From a virus, in the IMG/VR virus record IMGVR_UViG_3300045988_104568, positions 1-37,628 of that record: a stretch of 37,628 bases of DNA; one strand, given 5' to 3'. The number at the start of each line of letters is the position of its first letter. The first letter of the stretch is position 1. Positions 16,835 through 25,958 of this stretch are shown piece by piece. The notes beneath the pieces are model-generated. The model worked only from the letters and a program-made list of their open reading frames with translations. It searched no databases and had not been told where the DNA came from. A program made the translations under genes and the position numbers.

Positions 16835-17161
16835 ATGAACGAATTAGAATCTAATGTGAAAGCACTCATCATAGATAGATACGGAAGTATGAAAAAATTT
16901 TCCGAAAAAATAGATATGCCGTGGACTACCTTAGATAGTATTCTAAAAAGAGGTATTGCCAATTCCAACATAACAAATGTTTTAAAAATCACACGTGAGT
17001 TGGGATTAGATTCTGAGAAACTGGTAGATGGTATAATTGTTTTCACACAAGATGAGCCAACTACCCTTGCAGCTCACTTCGATGGTGATGAATACACAGA
17101 ATCTGAATTAGATGAAATCCGTCAGTTTGCTGAATTCGTAAAGAATAAACGAGTTAAGTAA
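16835..17161 (+). CDS. CI-like XRE-family repressor
   Basis: 108 aa with the HTH region MKKFSEKIDMPWTTLDSILKRG. It is followed by an ImmA-like gene, a classic repressor/antirepressor-protease pair. Confidence 0.7.
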   Translation: MNELESNVKALIIDRYGSMKKFSEKIDMPWTTLDSILKRGIANSNITNVLKITRELGLDSEKLVDGIIVFTQDEPTTLAAHFDGDEYTESELDEIRQFAEFVKNKRVK

Positions 17162-17206
17162 TTTATAGGACAGCTTATCTGATATACTCGAGCGGGAGGT
17201 GTTTGT

Positions 17207-17674
17207 ATGAATACATATGAGAAGCTACAGGAAGAAGCCTGCAAAGACGGTATAGATGTTATCGATTATCCTTTTAAAAGCAAAAAAATAAAGGGATTAT
17301 ATTGTGATGGTACCATTGCTATCAAAGACAATATAGATACAACCACGGAAAAAGCCTGCGTTCTGGCAGAAGAACTCGGTCACCACTACACTTCTGTCGG
17401 TAATATTATTGACATGGAATATACTGGCAATCGAAAACAAGAGCGCCAGGCACGGCTCTGGGGATACAATCGCAGCATTGGATTATTTGGTCTGATCAGA
17501 GCTTACGAACACGGTTGTAAAGATAAATATGAAATTGCAGAGTATCTGGATGTTACAGAAGAATATCTGGAAAACTGCATTAACTGTTACCAGGATAAAT
17601 ACGGGGAATACAAAACTGTAGATAACTACACAATTTATTTTATCCCTAACTTGATGATATTTAAGAAAATATAA
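17207..17674 (+). CDS. ImmA/IrrE-family metalloprotease-like protein
   Basis: 155 aa with the motif VLAEELGHHYTSVGN in the position of the family's HExxH segment, with Ala in place of the first His. The gene is adjacent to the XRE repressor. Confidence 0.65.
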   Translation: MNTYEKLQEEACKDGIDVIDYPFKSKKIKGLYCDGTIAIKDNIDTTTEKACVLAEELGHHYTSVGNIIDMEYTGNRKQERQARLWGYNRSIGLFGLIRAYEHGCKDKYEIAEYLDVTEEYLENCINCYQDKYGEYKTVDNYTIYFIPNLMIFKKI

Positions 17675-17818
17675 TAACGATTCATCCAGTATCTCTAACT
17701 ATAAATACACTGCCCTCTTGATACGATAGTATTTGTATGGCGGAGATATCTGATTGAATAAATAATCTCTGAAAAAAGCGAAACATTTTGGAACAAATAA
17801 AACGAAGGGGAAAAACAT

Positions 17819-18451
17819 ATGAAAAAGAAATTTGTAGCACTATTACTGGCATCATCTATGGCATTGTCATTATCTGCTTGTGGAGGATCTGGATCTGATT
17901 CTTCAAGTTCTAAGTCCGACACGAAAAAAGAAGAAACAGTAAAATCTGATAAAAAAGCTGATGAAGCTACCACTGAAGATTCTTCAGATAAAGCAAATTC
18001 ATCCGAAAGTGACGCATCTGATCAAGGAAACGATTCTACTTCTTCTACATCAGATACACAAACAGCATCTTCGTTAAATATGGACAAATGTATATCTGAT
18101 TTAAAAGCGAACTTACCGCTTGATCCAGATTACACCTATGTTCAAGATTATTATATCGGAGTAAAAGATGATACAATAACTATAACTGCAGTTGTTGATG
18201 ATTCTACTGATCCATCCCTTGCTCTTGATTTTGCTGATACTCTTGTAAGGCAATTGAATTTATATGCGCAAATGCAAGATTCTTCTATAGAATCAAGTTC
18301 ACAGAACTTTTATGGAGGTCTCTATACTCGCTATAATGCCCTTGTTGGCGTCGCACCAGCCAGTAAAACTAACAGCCAGAAAGATTGGTTTGTCTACGAC
18401 GGCATATCTGGTGGAAAGGTTATGCTTAAATTAAATAAACAATATAGATAA
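17819..18451 (+). CDS. Lipoprotein of the lysogeny module
   Basis: The signal peptide with lipobox reads MKKKFVALLLASSMALSLSAC|GGSG. An S/D/T-rich linker is followed by a globular domain of about 120 aa. Confidence 0.8.
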   Translation: MKKKFVALLLASSMALSLSACGGSGSDSSSSKSDTKKEETVKSDKKADEATTEDSSDKANSSESDASDQGNDSTSSTSDTQTASSLNMDKCISDLKANLPLDPDYTYVQDYYIGVKDDTITITAVVDDSTDPSLALDFADTLVRQLNLYAQMQDSSIESSSQNFYGGLYTRYNALVGVAPASKTNSQKDWFVYDGISGGKVMLKLNKQYR

Positions 18452-18634
18452 TAATAAAAAATCCCCGGTGTCTACCAAACACCAGGGAAAATCCCGAGTA
18501 ATATATACGGCGAAGGATTCGCTCGATACAGTACTCCCTCAACAAGAATATTGTATCACAAAAATCCGGCACCGTATAGGTGTTATTTTTGTACCCATTT
18601 TTGCGTAACATTAAAGAAGGAAAGGTGATATGAT

Positions 18635-20026
18635 ATGACGACTAAAGTTGAACGCTGTGCAATCTATATCCGTGTATCCACTACCGAACAAATGATGCAT
18701 GGTAAATCATTGGAAGCACAAAAAGAATATCTTACCAATTATGCCAAGGAACACAATATGGCCGTCGTTGGTGTATATGCTGATGAAGGGAAAACCGCCC
18801 GTAAAGAGCTCAAAAAGCGGAAGGCTATACATTCTCTGCTGCAAGACGTAGAAGCCGGGAAGATCGATGTTATTATCTTCTGGCGTATCGATAGATGGTT
18901 TCGTAATCTATCTGATTTCTATAAGGTGCAGGATATTCTTGACAGTCACAACGTCCGCTGGATCAGTACCAGTGAACCAGGCATTAATATGGAAACCAGA
19001 GATGGGAGGCTGCAGCTTAATGTAGTTTTATCCATTGGTCAGAATGAAGTCGATACGACCAGTGAACGTATCAAATTTGTGAATGAAGCATCCATTAGAA
19101 ACGGTAAGCTGATTTTCGGTGATGCGAACATGGGTTATGGATACAAATCAGGGATAGTCGATGGTCAGAAGCGAATGGTGAAAGATCCCGATCGGGAGCA
19201 TGTCGTGAATGCCTTTTATGAATATTTCTTTAAACATCAGAATAAGTGCGCTACGCTCAGATACATACAAGAAACCTATGATCCTGATTTCAGTTTCGGA
19301 ATCATGAGGACGCTTCTTTCCAGCGAATTCTACAAGGGCACCTATCGAGGATTCCCTTACTGCCCTGCATATCTTACTGAAGATGAGTGGAACAAATTAC
19401 AGAAGATACAAAAACGAAATGTTAAAGCTACGCCTTCCGGCCGCATCTACCTGTTTGCAGGAATGATTCGATGTCCCGTGTGTGGTCAATTGCTATGCGG
19501 TACCGGGTGTTCGTCCATCATCAACAGGAAAACCGGTGCCAGAAGAACTTACTGCTATTACCGATGTAACAGAGCTATGATCGATCACATATGTTCTTAC
19601 AGACACAGATTGAGCCAGAACCTTGTTGAAAATTATTTGCTTGATAACTTAGAGAATGAATACAAGAATTATAAAGTAAAGTGCGAGAAAATTGAAAAAG
19701 AGAAAGAGAAGCAAAAGAAAAAGCAATCTCCCGAGAAATTAAGAAAGGAATTGGACCGTCTTAATTTCCTATTTCAGAAGGGGCGGATTGATTGGGATTA
19801 TTACAACGAAGAGTATGGACGCATCGAAAGTGAGTTGAATGATCTGCAGAGCGCTCTTCCGGAACCAGTGACGAATTACGGTTACCTTGAAGAACTATTG
19901 GATACAGATTTCCGGACCATGTATGATCAATTATCACAAGAAAATCGCAGAGCTCTCTGGCGTTCCATCATTCAGGAGATTCATGTGAATGAAGACCATG
20001 CCATAACCTCCGTCGATTTTCTGTGA
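18635..20026 (+). CDS. int: Large serine recombinase (integrase)
   Basis: 463 aa. It has a resolvase-type N-terminus CAIYIRVSTTEQ, a recombinase domain, a Cys-rich zinc ribbon CPVCGQLLCG...CYYRC, and a K/E-rich coiled coil. Confidence 0.9.
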   Translation: MTTKVERCAIYIRVSTTEQMMHGKSLEAQKEYLTNYAKEHNMAVVGVYADEGKTARKELKKRKAIHSLLQDVEAGKIDVIIFWRIDRWFRNLSDFYKVQDILDSHNVRWISTSEPGINMETRDGRLQLNVVLSIGQNEVDTTSERIKFVNEASIRNGKLIFGDANMGYGYKSGIVDGQKRMVKDPDREHVVNAFYEYFFKHQNKCATLRYIQETYDPDFSFGIMRTLLSSEFYKGTYRGFPYCPAYLTEDEWNKLQKIQKRNVKATPSGRIYLFAGMIRCPVCGQLLCGTGCSSIINRKTGARRTYCYYRCNRAMIDHICSYRHRLSQNLVENYLLDNLENEYKNYKVKCEKIEKEKEKQKKKQSPEKLRKELDRLNFLFQKGRIDWDYYNEEYGRIESELNDLQSALPEPVTNYGYLEELLDTDFRTMYDQLSQENRRALWRSIIQEIHVNEDHAITSVDFL

Positions 20027-20029
20027 TGC

Positions 20030-20081
20030 GTCTTGTACTAACTATACTGTTCCATTTGGAGTTAGCTAGTTAGTACAAGAC
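20030..20081. other. Candidate attP: 52-bp palindromic site. It may also act as the int terminator.
   Basis: The perfect 15-bp arms are GTCTTGTACTAACTA (20030-44) and TAGTTAGTACAAGAC (20067-81). An inner TCCA/TGGA dyad flanks a central TT at 20055-56. The site is followed by ACTTTTT. Confidence 0.5.
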
Positions 20082-20172
20082 ACTTTTTGGCTATCCTACA
20101 TATGTCTTACCACTATATCTTGCAGCAATCCAGCCGGATGGAATCTGCATCCAGATATCATTGCTGATCATC

Positions 20173-21231
20173 TTACATTCCGAGTAATGCTTTCCATGTC
20201 TTTTTATCGACGATTCCATTCGCCGGAAGACCTTTTGCTTTCTGGAACGCCTTAATTCCTTTCTGCGTTTTCGGCCCGTTTTTGCCGTCTGCGGATCCGC
20301 AATTGTAGCCAAGTACATTGAGACGTTCCTGTGCAAGCTTTGTGATAGAACCTTTTGAAGCAGTTCCTAATGTCGGACAGCCAGCTAATGTATTCGGTCC
20401 GGCAATTCCATCAACTCTCTGATTTGAGAATCCCTGTGCATTGCAGGCAGCCTGTAATCTGGCAACCCATGAATTATTTGCTTTCGCAGCTGATCGTGTG
20501 TTGTAAGCATTGTTCAATTTTGCACGTGTTACTTCACCGGCCAGACCATCCTCTTTGATGTTTACATCATGCTGGAACTTCTTAACAGCCGTATAGGTTT
20601 CGTTTCCGTATTCCCCGTCTGCACCGGAAGGTAATGAATAACCTATAGCAATAAGCTTGTTTTGTACATCCTTGACTTCTGCTCCGGTATCTCCAATCTG
20701 TAACCATGTACGTTTAATTTCCTCATGTGTCGGAAATGTCACTACAGGCGCTTTTGTTGCGCCACCCCAGTCTGGAATACCATAACCGATAATCAATGGT
20801 GAATTTACGTTAATATAACGGTCACAGAGCATATCATTTCGGTTACCCTCTCGAACAGTCAGAGTATCACCATTACGTGCGATAATAGTTCCTACATGAT
20901 CTGATATCAGATCCGTATTCCAGTCATAATAAATGATGTGTCCGACCTGTGGGTTGTATGCATTGGTATATCGTCCTACCCATTTGCCCCATTGTTTAAA
21001 AATGTTGATACCGCTTGGACAATAACAGGTGTTTGGTACTTTACCGGCATTCCCAGAAGCATAAGCTGCTGCTGATACTGTTGCATGGCACCAAGGGTCT
21101 GTATGTGTCATTTTATAAGAACCGTCCGGACGATGTGAATTGTAAATGTCGATGATGATATCATCCTGGTTCTTTGCTTCGCTATATCCATACCATTCCT
21201 TCAATTTCTTTTCATATTCTGTCCATCCCAT
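20173..21231 (-). CDS. Endolysin: CHAP/NlpC-P60-like cysteine peptidase plus PG_binding_1 repeats
   Basis: The likely start is ATG 21231, after AAGGAG (the ORF is open from 21249). Catalytic-type motifs are DPWCHATV and GHIIYYDW...DHVGTII. C-terminal repeats include GDTGAEVKDVQNKLIAIGY and LPANGIVDKKTWKALL. Confidence 0.85.
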   Translation of the reverse strand: MGWTEYEKKLKEWYGYSEAKNQDDIIIDIYNSHRPDGSYKMTHTDPWCHATVSAAAYASGNAGKVPNTCYCPSGINIFKQWGKWVGRYTNAYNPQVGHIIYYDWNTDLISDHVGTIIARNGDTLTVREGNRNDMLCDRYINVNSPLIIGYGIPDWGGATKAPVVTFPTHEEIKRTWLQIGDTGAEVKDVQNKLIAIGYSLPSGADGEYGNETYTAVKKFQHDVNIKEDGLAGEVTRAKLNNAYNTRSAAKANNSWVARLQAACNAQGFSNQRVDGIAGPNTLAGCPTLGTASKGSITKLAQERLNVLGYNCGSADGKNGPKTQKGIKAFQKAKGLPANGIVDKKTWKALLGM

Positions 21232-21252
21232 AATGAGTTCTCCTTTCATCTA

Positions 21253-21281
21253 TAAAAAAAGAGGATGATTTCTCACCCTCT
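21253..21281 (-). terminator. Terminator-like hairpin between the holin and endolysin genes
   Basis: The minus strand reads AGAGGGTGA-GAAA-TCATCCTCT (one mismatch) followed by TTTTTTT. The hairpin overlaps the holin stop codon. Confidence 0.45.
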
Positions 21282-21574
21282 TACTCTTCTTTATTAAGCT
21301 GTTTAAAAATCTGATTGACATATGTACTTAATCCGGCTACAAGAACGCCCTGTACCACTGCTGTAAATACCGCCATCGCAATATTCTGCATACCAGACAG
21401 GCTACAGGTTGCAATCACGTAGATTCCACAAATCACAATTCCAACGATTCCAAGAACCAACGGAATATATTTATTTGTCACGGCCTGTGACTGTTTCAGC
21501 CCCATTCCGACAAAGTACAGTACAACTGCTACTACTACCAGTTCCGGTTTTACATAATTCATAATCTGTTCCAT
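21281..21574 (-). CDS. Holin (three TM segments, LL-H/phiLC3-like)
   Basis: 97 aa with three hydrophobic helices and a charged C-terminus KQLNKEE. It lies immediately upstream of the endolysin. Confidence 0.75.
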   Translation of the reverse strand: MEQIMNYVKPELVVVAVVLYFVGMGLKQSQAVTNKYIPLVLGIVGIVICGIYVIATCSLSGMQNIAMAVFTAVVQGVLVAGLSTYVNQIFKQLNKEE

Positions 21575-21576
21575 AG

Positions 21577-21879
21577 TTATTCACCTTTCTTTTTTAAATG
21601 CAATTCTTCAATTTCATGCATCATTTTAGTTATCATTCCATTTCCACCGAGCGCATGATATGCTTCGTACATCTCGCAGAAGTTTTCATATGCATAAGAC
21701 GGAATATCTCCCATCTGCATATACTTGCTATGATATTCAATCAACTGTACACGAAGCAAAAGCATAGTCCCTTTGCTATTTGCATCCCTGTCTCTTTTCT
21801 GGTTCTTTAACAGCCAGACGATATATCCCAAGATAATTGGAAGTATCAGGGTATACGTCTGCAATAATAGTTCTTTCAC
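21577..21879 (-). CDS. Membrane-anchored protein of the lysis cassette
   Basis: 100 aa with a GTG start after AGAGGT. The N-terminal TM helix is TYTLILPIILGYIVWLL. Confidence 0.55.
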   Translation of the reverse strand: MKELLLQTYTLILPIILGYIVWLLKNQKRDRDANSKGTMLLLRVQLIEYHSKYMQMGDIPSYAYENFCEMYEAYHALGGNGMITKMMHEIEELHLKKKGE

Positions 21880-21906
21880 TACTCTTACCTCTTTCTTATT
21901 CTATGT

Positions 21907-21930
21907 AATAAAATAAGACCTTACGGTCTT
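21907..21930 (-). terminator. Intrinsic terminator between the tail module and the lysis cassette
   Basis: The minus strand reads AAGACC-gtaa-GGTCTT followed by ATTTTATT. Confidence 0.55.
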
Positions 21931-21958
21931 GCTCTAATTTCCATATGATCACCTCTCA

Positions 21959-22114
21959 TTAATTAGTATTCAGCGCTTCCTTGATTGCTTCCAAGTCATC
22001 CGTGGTCAATGCTGGATAATCCGCTGCAATGTCCTCGAATACTTCTCCGTTCTTAATTCTGATGCGGAAAGCTCTTACCATGATTTTTAACTTGATTCCA
22101 CTTAATGTCTTCAT
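21959..22114 (-). CDS. 51-aa hypothetical protein
   Basis: ATG at 22114 lies 1 nt after the upstream stop. Translation is MKTLSGIKLKIMVRAFRIRIKNGEVFEDIAADYPALTTDDLEAIKEALNTN. Confidence 0.45.
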   Translation of the reverse strand: MKTLSGIKLKIMVRAFRIRIKNGEVFEDIAADYPALTTDDLEAIKEALNTN

Positions 22115-22115
22115 A

Positions 22116-22442
22116 TTAGTTTTCTCCTCCTATTAAATCTGCCATCATTAAAACAAGGTCGTCTGTTGCACCTTCAAGTGTATCAGTACGCTGTTCTACT
22201 TTATCCAGTCGTTCCTCTTCGGTCGGTTGTGGATCTGGCATATCTGCCTGTAATCGTTCTGCTTCGGCAATCTCTTCTGCTGTCATATCTCTGTAGACCT
22301 TTCCCATAATCGGTACTTCACGGGTGCGGGTTTCCTCATGCTCCTCAGTGATGAGTTTGCCTTCGTTATCGTACTCGGCCGGAATGGTCACTGTGTATTC
22401 TTCTGTTTTTGTGTCGACTTGTTTGTATTCTGCTATTCTCAT
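22116..22442 (-). CDS. Acidic hypothetical protein downstream of the fibre genes
   Basis: 108-aa ORF in the operon. Confidence 0.55.
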   Translation of the reverse strand: MRIAEYKQVDTKTEEYTVTIPAEYDNEGKLITEEHEETRTREVPIMGKVYRDMTAEEIAEAERLQADMPDPQPTEEERLDKVEQRTDTLEGATDDLVLMMADLIGGEN

Positions 22443-22446
22443 TTTT

Positions 22447-23853
22447 CTACCTCATTATCCATACTTTCGCAGTCGTTCCGCTCTCAAAGTAATCTCTTGT
22501 AAAGTTCAAGAGATTATGAGTACGTTTTACAATTGATGACTTTGGAGTGCCGCTATTTCCACTTTTGTTGTTGAAAGACATTTCGTAGAATGCATAATCA
22601 TCAAATTTTACCATATGAACGTATATGGAAGCATCTTTTCCGGTTCCGGGGTAAAAATCACAAAAGTTCGCATTAGTAAACGGGTATAAAATAGTAGTGG
22701 ATGACGTATCTTGAACTGCTTTTGCATCAATCCGAACAAAAAGTTCTTTCCAATTTTCTATGGTAAAAGATATTTTTTGTACTTTTTCTTCTAGCGCAAT
22801 ATCAGCAAACAACTCCCACTCACCAATTCCCATCCTCTCCCTAGCCGCCGCCTGTTCCTCGGCTGTCCATGCGGCGCCTTTTCCATCACACATGGCACAT
22901 TTAACAGCATAGTCGAGATTTGCGGGTACTACGGGGCAAAATTCATTTTTCCTTTCAGTTAAACTCATATTATTTGCTTTCGCAATTCTAACTAACCCAG
23001 TATCATTGTTTGCCCTGTAGAGGCCACCACTATTTGAATATGTATCTATAGCTATGAGACCTGGAGCTTTTGATGTCGTACATAATGGTATCTCCGCTAT
23101 ACCATCTTTAACTATGCTCTGTCCGTTAATCTGGATGTCTAAGCTGCTTCCACCACTCGGTTCATCTACCCATTCCAGTTCTGGTACACCGTCTTCATTC
23201 ACGGCTTTTACACGTAGATATTTTCCTACCATCGGATTCTCTGGTACATCCAGCTTATCCTTTATATTCGCTACTATATTCTCACCCTGTTCAAGCTTCT
23301 TATCCAGATTTCCATCCAGCTTCTCTGCCTGTTCTACAGTTTCCGTAAGATTGCCAACCGTCTCTTTCATGTCTGCCAGTGTTGTCTCTGCTTTCTCAGC
23401 GCTTTCCTTGGCATTCTTCTCTGCCGTTTCCGCCCGTTCTGCACTGGCATTTACTGCTACTACGGTTTCATGAAAGATATTAGGCTCTGGCAATGGTTCT
23501 TCTGATGGGTTCTCTGGTTTTGTCCGGGATTTTACGTGCAATACAATCTGGTACTCTGTACTGCCAGAACTTTCATCCGTCAAATATATGTAAGCATATA
23601 TACTATAATTTTGCGACTGCCCTTCGTTTTTCAACAACTCGTCCGGGATTTTGACTTCTGTCACACCGTCCGTTGTTGTTCCTATCCTTGTTATTACGCT
23701 ACCACTCTTTTTGTTTAAGGAAAACTGTATCTCTACGGCTTCAGGAAAGTCCCCGCCAGTAATTCGCAATTTCTGACCGTAATCATACTGCCAAAGTCCG
23801 GTGAATATTTCTTTGTAAGTCGATTCTAATTTGCATTCAATAATATTGTTCAT
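22447..23853 (-). CDS. Baseplate upper protein-like / receptor-binding fibre protein
   Basis: 468 aa. It has a BppU-like N-terminus, a coiled coil (AERAETAEKNAKESAEKAETTLADMKETV) and a distinct C-terminal head domain. Confidence 0.65.
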   Translation of the reverse strand: MNNIIECKLESTYKEIFTGLWQYDYGQKLRITGGDFPEAVEIQFSLNKKSGSVITRIGTTTDGVTEVKIPDELLKNEGQSQNYSIYAYIYLTDESSGSTEYQIVLHVKSRTKPENPSEEPLPEPNIFHETVVAVNASAERAETAEKNAKESAEKAETTLADMKETVGNLTETVEQAEKLDGNLDKKLEQGENIVANIKDKLDVPENPMVGKYLRVKAVNEDGVPELEWVDEPSGGSSLDIQINGQSIVKDGIAEIPLCTTSKAPGLIAIDTYSNSGGLYRANNDTGLVRIAKANNMSLTERKNEFCPVVPANLDYAVKCAMCDGKGAAWTAEEQAAARERMGIGEWELFADIALEEKVQKISFTIENWKELFVRIDAKAVQDTSSTTILYPFTNANFCDFYPGTGKDASIYVHMVKFDDYAFYEMSFNNKSGNSGTPKSSIVKRTHNLLNFTRDYFESGTTAKVWIMR

Positions 23854-23864
23854 CTTGTCACCAC

Positions 23865-25958
23865 CTATTCTGTTAATGTTCCTGTTCCATCATTGTAGAT
23901 ATATTTCTTTCGTACTTTGTCGTACAGGCACAGAGTGCCATCCGATTTCTTAACCGGGATCATGTCAGCTACCAAGGTATCCCCGGAATAGATCTGTGCA
24001 TAGTAGATCTTGCCCACTACACCTGTTCCGGCTGGTGTGCTGTTCTTACTCATATTTCCAAGATAATACGGACTACTAAGCTTGAACGAATCTATCGCAT
24101 CGGTAGCTACGGTTGTGTCTCCAAATTGATAACTTACGCCCGTCTGGTTAATAATCCAGTCTCCGTTCCAATAGTTTGCCGGTTTTGCCGGACTATTCGC
24201 CGTTCCACGCACTGCATAGAAGTTATTTGTGCAGCTGTAGCCGAACTTATAGTTATCGTCACGTGCCCCAGCGATATAGGTAGTTCCACTCTGTAAGTTC
24301 CATTTCGCTTTCGTGTTGGTATTTTCATCCGGCATGATTTCTGTATTGAAATAACAATTTCCATCCAGACTCAGACTTGCAAGCTCTGTATGACCTACCT
24401 CTGTGCTTGTATTAACCGTAACGTTGCACTGTGCTGTGTATCCACCATCGGCGGTAGTTACAGTTACGATCGCTGATCCGGCTGTCTTGGCTGTAACCTT
24501 GCCACCAGATACAGATACGTTGCTATTGTTGGAACTCCACGTCACATTCTTATTGGTCGCATTGCTTGGTGATACCGTAGCAGTCAGCTGTGCAGATTCT
24601 CCGGCATTCAGTGTCAGTGTCGTCTGGTCGAGTTTAACTCCTGTAACCGCTACGACCTCTGGTGCTTCGGACGCTGTAATAGAGCCAATGCCCTGATACT
24701 GTAATGCCTGGTCGATTACCGGACAGTAGAATGTACGATACCAGGTTTCGTTCGGGTGCACACCGTCACCTTTCTTGCTGTTTGGGTTGTAGGTATATTT
24801 GTCTTTATTCACCGATGTCATAGCGATTTGTGAGTATACACGCATGTCCAGGTATGGCATATTCCATTTATCACAGATTTCAATCGCCTTTTCATAGATT
24901 GAATCCAACAAGGAGTTGTTCTTCCCGAAACTATGTGGAATAATATATAATTTAACCGCCAAAGGATACCTGTCCATGATGTATTGCAATGATCTTTCCA
25001 ATGCACCGCAGAATGTACTTGTGTTATATGATGCATCATAATTAGTCTCAATCGATCCGATAGGAAGTCCATTATTCTTATCGTTCACGCCACCATCCAG
25101 AATAATCGCATCCGCAGCACCCGTGTACGATGTAATCTGATTAACAATCGGTGTATGTGCCGGACTGGAGGTTACTGCCATATTCGCCCCGGATTCCGCC
25201 TTGTTGATCCACGTAGCATCTGTATATTTTTCCTTAAGCGGTTCGGTAATCCCTTTACCATCTTTCCATCCCCAGCCAGCTAATATGCTGTCGCCGCATA
25301 CTACTATCGTTTTATCCTTGTATGGACTTAATGAAAATGTTGGATTATTTTTAAAATTGCTATTTAATACAGAAAGGGCATCTGTAACTGTGCCATTCCC
25401 GATGCCGGATATGTCTGTACTTCCTACTAATTTGATCAGTGTGTTGATGTCTGTGAACCATTTTTTCGCCTTACCGAATAATGTCGGTATTGATTCGCCA
25501 CTGTTGATATTATTCCTTGTCGCGGCTTCAGAGAATGTCGGATTATAAAATCCTTCTGCTTTTGCAATCGCAGTCTCCAGAGCTCCATACTCGCTGGAAC
25601 TCTGGATTGCTCCGGCTCTTGTAAGAGATTTCTCCACATCGAACTCAAATGTGTATGTGGTTATAGTTTTTCCTGATTTCGAAATCTGTATCTCTGCTTG
25701 TACTACTCCAATCGCGGCAAAAATCTGGCCAGAATCACTCTCCATTAATACCTCGTTTGGCGATACCACCTCGCAATCATTGTATACTTCTGTCCCATCC
25801 GGTTTCTTAGCATATACTCTTGCCTGTTCCGATCCATCCATTGTTACATCTTCCAAGATGAATCGGAATATTCTTCCTGTATCTCCCTGCACTACTCTGA
25901 TTCTTCGGCAGAATGTACTATTCTGTATCCTCAACCTTATTATCTTTTCTGCTTTCAT
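23865..25958 (-). CDS. BppU-N / SGNH (GDSL) esterase / Big_2 / lectin-like C-terminal domain tail protein
   Basis: 697 aa. Visible motifs are GDS block I (VVCGDSILAGWGW), block V (GDGVHPNETW) and a Big_2 Ig-like domain (VTGVKLDQTTLTLNAGESAQLTATVSP...VTV). Confidence 0.75.
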   Translation of the reverse strand: MKAEKIIRLRIQNSTFCRRIRVVQGDTGRIFRFILEDVTMDGSEQARVYAKKPDGTEVYNDCEVVSPNEVLMESDSGQIFAAIGVVQAEIQISKSGKTITTYTFEFDVEKSLTRAGAIQSSSEYGALETAIAKAEGFYNPTFSEAATRNNINSGESIPTLFGKAKKWFTDINTLIKLVGSTDISGIGNGTVTDALSVLNSNFKNNPTFSLSPYKDKTIVVCGDSILAGWGWKDGKGITEPLKEKYTDATWINKAESGANMAVTSSPAHTPIVNQITSYTGAADAIILDGGVNDKNNGLPIGSIETNYDASYNTSTFCGALERSLQYIMDRYPLAVKLYIIPHSFGKNNSLLDSIYEKAIEICDKWNMPYLDMRVYSQIAMTSVNKDKYTYNPNSKKGDGVHPNETWYRTFYCPVIDQALQYQGIGSITASEAPEVVAVTGVKLDQTTLTLNAGESAQLTATVSPSNATNKNVTWSSNNSNVSVSGGKVTAKTAGSAIVTVTTADGGYTAQCNVTVNTSTEVGHTELASLSLDGNCYFNTEIMPDENTNTKAKWNLQSGTTYIAGARDDNYKFGYSCTNNFYAVRGTANSPAKPANYWNGDWIINQTGVSYQFGDTTVATDAIDSFKLSSPYYLGNMSKNSTPAGTGVVGKIYYAQIYSGDTLVADMIPVKKSDGTLCLYDKVRKKYIYNDGTGTLTE

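Noticed and set aside
18452-18634. Hairpins (CCCCGGTGT..ACACCAGGG and CACC..GGTG plus T-run) between the lipoprotein and int genes, considered as terminator or promoter elements
   Set aside because: The stems are short or mismatched and the T-runs are poorly placed for the plus strand, so they are too weak to call.
20091-20336. 81-aa minus-strand ORF overlapping the endolysin 3' end
   Set aside because: It is out of frame within the clearly coding PG-binding repeats, it extends into the attP-proximal gap, and it has no RBS.
22447-25958. Possible diversity-generating retroelement targeting the fibre genes
   Set aside because: No reverse transcriptase gene is present, and I found no template/variable repeat pair anywhere in the window.
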